A stretch of 64,000 bases of DNA from a plasmid. This document shows, one piece after another, positions 59,727 through 64,000 of this stretch. The position numbers were made by a program, and so were the translations under genes. Location: sequence record NZ_CP072340.1, one strand, 5' to 3'. Under the pieces are notes generated by a model. It had not been told where the DNA came from. It did not search any database and saw only the letters and a list, made by a program, of their open reading frames with translations. How positions within the stretch are numbered: the first letter of the stretch is position 1; each line of letters starts with the position of its first letter.

Positions 59727-62700
59727 TTATCTGAAAGATACAATATTCTTGAATCTTTTACGGGCGTAATCCGTTGCGATGAGCATTTTTGCCCTTCCCT
59801 CGCTCTCACTCAGAGGTGCTCGTCCCAAGATTGTGGCATCTCCACTCTTGGCAAACTCCATCAACTTGCCGATAAAAACCTCCTGCTCGGGCGTGGGCGG
59901 TATGTTATGCAGTATCTCGTTCTTCTCGGGGCGGTCGATACCGATGTCCTTGGCTGTGCGAAAGTCGCAAATCTCCGCATAGAACGAGGCAAGCTCCGGC
60001 ACTTTGATAAAGGTGCGGAACCGCTCTTTCTGAATGATGTCGTTTGTGATGGAGAACTCATAGTCAGTTGATTTCTTGGCAAAGACTGCTGCCCAAGCAT
60101 CAAAACTGTTGATACCCTGTTTTTCTAATGCCTGCGGACGGAGATACTTGAACAGAAGATACAACTCCGTCAGGCTATTGGAAATGGTCGTTCCCGAAAG
60201 GAAAGTGGCTCCCAAATCCTTGCCGGACCTCTCCTGTATGGTACGAATAGCAAAGAGCATGTTTAAGGCACGCTGTGAACCATCAGGATTACCCAAGCCC
60301 GACACACGGTCGTGGCGGGTATTGAACATCAGGTTCTTGAATTGATGGCTTTCATCTACAAAGAGGTGGTCGATACCCATCATCTTGAAGTCTACAGCAT
60401 CGTCCTTTCTTTCGGCGATGCTGTCCTGTATGTTCTGCAACTTGGCTTCAAGCGTCTGCTTGCGTTTTTCCAGTCCTTTGAGCATGCCACGGGAGATGTC
60501 TCTTCCTTGTTGCCGCAACACTTCGAGATTTTCTTCCACGGAGTCCAGTTCCTTTTGCATAATCGCCTCCTGTATCTCGAAGGCCTGCGGTATCATGCCG
60601 AACTGTTCATGCGTAAGTATTATGCAGTCCCAGTCGTTGTTCTTGATGTCGTTGAAAATGCGTTGTCTGTTCTGCTTGTTGAAATCATTCTTGCCCGGAT
60701 ATAAGATCCTCGCATTGGGATAAGCCTTTCTAAAGGTGTCGGCAATGTCAAAGACGTTTGCCTTCAGTCCGATAATCATTGGCTTGTTTGCCAGTCCCAA
60801 TCGCTTCATCTCGTAGGCTGCCGTACACATGATGAGTGTCTTGCCCGCCCCCACCTCGTGATCACAGATGCCTCCTCCATTGGTCTTCAGCATCCATACG
60901 GCATCCTTCTGGCTCTTGTAGAGGTCGGCAATGCCCAACCGTTTGAGGTCAAGGTCGGGAAAAGTCTGATGTGTGCCGTCAAAGTTCGGTCGCACAAAAC
61001 AGTTGAAAAGGCGGTTGTACCTGTCGGAGAGTTGTTGTTTGAAGGTATCGGGTGTGCGTCCGAGCCAATCGACAAAGCCCTGTCTGATTTCCTCAATCTT
61101 GGCATTCGCCATCTGGATGGCATGTCCGTCCCTTACTTTGATGGTCTTGGTCTCTCCCGTAACCTTGTCCGTCACTTCCTTGCTCTTGTTGATGTCGGGA
61201 ATGGTATTGTGCAGGGCATGCTTTAAGAGATTGATACCGTCATAGCGGCGGAACTCACCCTGTACGGCATACTTGTGCCAGATATTGGCATTCTTATGGT
61301 CACATACAATGCTGTACTCGTCCATGTTGGAATGGTAGGATACACCAATATCCGTCCCGAAAAACTCCGAGGCAAACCTGCCATAGACTTTGGCAGGTAT
61401 CCAGCGTTCACCGAGATTAAAGTCAAGGTCTGCAAATGGAATGGGTGTTGGCGTGGCTGCACGCAAAGCGGCAAGGCTCTGTTTGGCTTCCTCATGGTCT
61501 GGATGGTCCAAGAGCCACGACTCGATACGCTCCGCCTTTTCTATTACATTGCCCGAAATGAACTTGTCCGCCACTTCGTAGGCATTCTCTTCGGGATTGT
61601 AATAGATGCGACCTTCCAAGGAAGAAATGATGTCGCTTTCCTCCATATCAGGTAAAAGCGAACTCATGTAGTCAAGTTCCACCGCGCCGTACTTGTTGAG
61701 CGATGCACCCAGTGCCTCCATCGGGTCTGCGGCAACGGTCAGTTCCGTGGTGGAAAATGCCGTAGGATGGTCAAAGATGTCCGCCTTGATGTACCTGCCG
61801 TTCTCGGAGCGTTCCAAGAACAGCATTTCCACGCCTGTAGCATCCATCTTGATGATGTCGGTGTTAGCCTTTTGGTTAAAGTAGCCCCAGCGTGCAACAT
61901 AATCATCATACAGGTGGTTGAGTCTGCTGCGGTCCTCCTTGTCTTCTGCATGGTTCTCTGCCTCGTAGTCATAGAGACGATGATAGCACTCCCGTATCTC
62001 GATATAGCTTTTTAGTCGGGAAAGCTGCGCATACGGCAAGTCCATCGGATTAAAGGTCGGATGTCGCTTTAAGTCAGAAAGAAACCCCACCTGCCCTTTC
62101 TGCACGACAATGGAGCCGTCTCTTAAGTGGGAGTCCGGCGATGAGAGAAAGGGACGGGGTGAGGAATCAAACTCCTTTTTCACCTCCGCTATCGGTTGTG
62201 GTTTTCGCTCTTCGGCTTCATTCATGAAGTCAAAGAGAGATGGCTCACGATATGAGGGGGAGATGATCTTCTTATTGCCCTTTCCTCTGGTTTTACGCCC
62301 TGGAGTGACTGTAGGTTGTTTTTCGCTCTCCTTTCCTGCTTTGTTTTCCGGTTGCTTTTGAGCTGTCTGCACCTGCGATTTTGGAGCTTCTTTAATCTCG
62401 CTGTTCACGCGCGTTACTTCCTGCGTCCAGAGATTGTATTCCTCCGGAGCGAACAGTGAAGGCTGCTCCGTTTCCTGTCGCTCGTCCATGCCGTTCATCA
62501 CCGGATGATGGTCATCGTCGAAATAGACCATCTGTCCGTTCATCTCCCGTGGAGACTCCACATCGGTACGGATTTCCTTCACATCCTGCTCATACTGACG
62601 GTGAAGAGTCAATGTAGGCACGCCTTCAGGAGCAGGCTCATAGGAAATGTGGTCGATAGCCTGCACGATTTGCCTATTAGCCTTTTCCCTGACTTGCTCC

Positions 62701-64000
62701 CCAGCCTTTTCTACTTGAACTTCCTCCTTGTCCTCTTCCGTGGAGAGCTTCTCCTCCATTGGCTGAGCCAGAACTGTCGGCTCGGCTTTTTTCTTGATTT
62801 CCTCAATAATCGGCTCCTTGGTGTATTGTCCTTGGACAATCTCCTCCAGTTCTGCAATCTCGTGCAGTTTCTTGGGGCTAAAATATAAGTCTCGCTCAAT
62901 GCCTAACCCATGTATCTTGACTTCCTCCATTTCGTCAAGCGACATATTGCCCAGTTCCCAACCATAGCCCATCGTGACAGCACCGAAACCGATGCGGGTC
63001 TTCGGGTCGTACTCCAAGAGGTAGGCCGTATATGCCCCCATCGGGAAGAAATAGCGTGCGTAGGCTATTTTATCGCCAATGAGTTCCTTCTCCGTGCTGT
63101 ATAGTTTGGGCAATTGTTTCCTGATGCTGTCGGGCATGAGATTATAGGCGTTATCCGCCTCCTTGTCCGTTTTTGGCTCCTCGTTGGGCAAATCAACCGT
63201 TATACCCAACTTCTGCAGTTGTTTCTCCACTTCTTTCTGTCGTTCCTCTTCCGTCATCGGTATGCCAGTTTCATAGAGCTTTCGGTCAAAGCGTTGCTCA
63301 AATTCCAAGGAGAGTTGTGTTCTGATACTCTCCGCCATATCATCAATGCTGCCATCGAAGCGATACTCCCATGCAGGTTTGCCGTATGGGTCCCTGCCCA
63401 TCGTGCGTTCCGTGGCAATGGTGCGGTGGGCTATGTCCTTCCATTCACCATCAAAGAGCGAGTTGTGCTTGAATACGACAGAGGAACCTTCGGCTATGGG
63501 AACAGACACAGAAGCTACGAACTGCTGTTCGATGCCCTCGCCGATGGTCTTGCCCGACTGCTTTTGCAGGACGATGAGGTCGCTGCCGACTTCCGTTCCT
63601 GCATTCTCAGAGAACATACCCGACGGCAGGCGGAGAGCGGAGATAAGCCGGCTGTTCTGCATCAGATAACGGCGGATGGCTTCGTTCTTCGGGCTGTCCA
63701 GCACACCCTGCGAGGTGATGAATGCCATCAGCCCACCTTCTTTAATGCAGTCCAGCCCCTTTACAAAGAAGTAATTGTGGATGGCTCGTGTGGATTCGCG
63801 TTTGAGAATGTCCTTGCCCTTGCTGTACTCCCGGTCATAGACCATGAAATCACCAAAGGGAATGTTACTTGTTATAAGGTCGTACTTGTCCTTGTCCTCC
63901 AACTCTCCGATGGCTTCAAAGGGGGCTTGGCGGACTATGATGTTGCCTTGTCCATAAGGATGAATGGCTTGTGAGATACGGGCAGTGAGCAGGTCTTTCT
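59727..64000 (-). CDS. N-terminal part (partial) of the CTn N6-adenine DNA methyltransferase / SNF2-family helicase (N-terminal helicase motifs).
   Basis: Methyltransferase motif IV-like LITSNIPFG is near the window edge, so the ORF surely continues past 64000. SNF2/DEAH motifs [14 protein letters not shown] and [11 protein letters not shown]. It ends ...[16 protein letters not shown] at 59727. The C-terminal half is at 46728..48320. Confidence 0.75.
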   Translation of the reverse strand, partial: KDLLTARISQAIHPYGQGNIIVRQAPFEAIGELEDKDKYDLITSNIPFGDFMVYDREYSKGKDILKRESTRAIHNYFFVKGLDCIKEGGLMAFITSQGVLDSPKNEAIRRYLMQNSRLISALRLPSGMFSENAGTEVGSDLIVLQKQSGKTIGEGIEQQFVASVSVPIAEGSSVVFKHNSLFDGEWKDIAHRTIATERTMGRDPYGKPAWEYRFDGSIDDMAESIRTQLSLEFEQRFDRKLYETGIPMTEEERQKEVEKQLQKLGITVDLPNEEPKTDKEADNAYNLMPDSIRKQLPKLYSTEKELIGDKIAYARYFFPMGAYTAYLLEYDPKTRIGFGAVTMGYGWELGNMSLDEMEEVKIHGLGIERDLYFSPKKLHEIAELEEIVQGQYTKEPIIEEIKKKAEPTVLAQPMEEKLSTEEDKEEVQVEKAGEQVREKANRQIVQAIDHISYEPAPEGVPTLTLHRQYEQDVKEIRTDVESPREMNGQMVYFDDDHHPVMNGMDERQETEQPSLFAPEEYNLWTQEVTRVNSEIKEAPKSQVQTAQKQPENKAGKESEKQPTVTPGRKTRGKGNKKIISPSYREPSLFDFMNEAEERKPQPIAEVKKEFDSSPRPFLSSPDSHLRDGSIVVQKGQVGFLSDLKRHPTFNPMDLPYAQLSRLKSYIEIRECYHRLYDYEAENHAEDKEDRSRLNHLYDDYVARWGYFNQKANTDIIKMDATGVEMLFLERSENGRYIKADIFDHPTAFSTTELTVAADPMEALGASLNKYGAVELDYMSSLLPDMEESDIISSLEGRIYYNPEENAYEVADKFISGNVIEKAERIESWLLDHPDHEEAKQSLAALRAATPTPIPFADLDFNLGERWIPAKVYGRFASEFFGTDIGVSYHSNMDEYSIVCDHKNANIWHKYAVQGEFRRYDGINLLKHALHNTIPDINKSKEVTDKVTGETKTIKVRDGHAIQMANAKIEEIRQGFVDWLGRTPDTFKQQLSDRYNRLFNCFVRPNFDGTHQTFPDLDLKRLGIADLYKSQKDAVWMLKTNGGGICDHEVGAGKTLIMCTAAYEMKRLGLANKPMIIGLKANVFDIADTFRKAYPNARILYPGKNDFNKQNRQRIFNDIKNNDWDCIILTHEQFGMIPQAFEIQEAIMQKELDSVEENLEVLRQQGRDISRGMLKGLEKRKQTLEAKLQNIQDSIAERKDDAVDFKMMGIDHLFVDESHQFKNLMFNTRHDRVSGLGNPDGSQRALNMLFAIRTIQERSGKDLGATFLSGTTISNSLTELYLLFKYLRPQALEKQGINSFDAWAAVFAKKSTDYEFSITNDIIQKERFRTFIKVPELASFYAEICDFRTAKDIGIDRPEKNEILHNIPPTPEQEVFIGKLMEFAKSGDATILGRAPLSESEGRAKMLIATDYARKRFKNIVSFR

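Larger units (their letters stand above)
48321..59765. mobile_element. Candidate nested integrative (mobilizable) element of about 11.4 kb inserted into the CTn methylase/helicase gene. It carries the peptide-export cargo.
   Basis: It is flanked by the two halves of one helicase ORF (a TDYARK overlap of about 18 bp with partial nucleotide identity). It has its own tandem integrase pair homologous to the 37976/39234 pair, plus DUF1896, Xis-like genes and a MobC-family gene. An 11-bp direct repeat TCGTAACCCAT lies near both ends (48449..48459 and 59687..59697). Confidence 0.5.
37976..64000. mobile_element. Integrative/conjugative element (Bacteroides CTn-like), partial, extending past the window end, with a nested second element.
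   Basis: Tandem tyrosine integrases at the left end, then XRE, Xis-like HTH proteins, a Toprim primase/helicase, and a large N6-methylase/SNF2 helicase typical of Bacteroidales CTns. No tRNA was seen at the left junction. Confidence 0.7.

Noticed and set aside
63114-63974. A 286-aa plus-strand ORF at the window end.
   Set aside because: It is antisense to the methylase/helicase N-terminal region, whose methyltransferase and helicase motifs are unambiguous.

Overview
This looks like a Bacteroidales chromosome segment, with a Prevotella-like feel. The evidence is GC of about 45%, TAnnTTTG -7 promoter motifs, many proteins ending in type IX secretion (T9SS) C-terminal sorting domains, BspA-type leucine-rich repeats and GLPGLI-family proteins.

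- **1 to about 9.2 kb (core genes):** a partial BamA/TamA-like POTRA protein, a SpoU/TrmH RNA methyltransferase, a UvrD-family helicase with an embedded DnaQ-like exonuclease domain, trmB and glyA.
- **9.2 to 37.6 kb (accessory cell-surface region):** core genes (DUF421, dnaB, ispE, the rpmB-rpmG-DUF4295 cluster, radA, a TPR protein) are interspersed with the following.
  - three large T9SS-sorted surface proteins, two of them BspA-type LRR proteins;
  - two of those surface-protein genes are each followed by a homologous Asp/Gly-rich protein of about 70 aa beginning MK[KR]TY;
  - an MFS-transporter pseudogene remnant;
  - an operon of a polytopic membrane protein, an ABC ATPase, two GLPGLI-family paralogs and a CarbopepD_reg outer-membrane beta-barrel;
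  - unusually long AT-rich intergenic regions and a recurring AGATATCT palindromic motif.
- **37.9 kb to the window end (integrative/conjugative element, ICE/CTn-like, partial):** it carries a tandem pair of tyrosine integrases, an XRE regulator, Xis-like HTH proteins, a Toprim primase/P-loop helicase, and a large N6-adenine methylase/SNF2 helicase.
  - The methylase/helicase appears split into a 530-aa C-terminal fragment (46.7 to 48.3 kb) and an N-terminal fragment of more than 1391 aa (59.7 kb to the end).
  - The cause is probably a nested integrative element of about 11.4 kb (48.3 to 59.8 kb). It has its own homologous tandem integrase pair, DUF1896, two Xis-like genes, a DUF3408/RHH gene and a MobC-family gene but no relaxase.
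  - The nested element's cargo is a peptide export locus. It has a 58-aa double-glycine-leader peptide gene that the ORF track missed, a CarbopepD_reg outer-membrane beta-barrel, a C39-peptidase ABC exporter and a truncated HlyD-like adaptor.
- **44.2 to 46.6 kb (inside the outer element):** an overlapping three-gene operon of a wHTH protein, a Pol-beta-superfamily nucleotidyltransferase and a PP2C phosphatase. It sits behind a 25-bp perfect inverted repeat and TGTTCAA operator-like motifs. This is the strongest candidate for an undescribed toxin-antitoxin or abortive-infection-type module.

No rRNA, tRNA or CRISPR array was seen.
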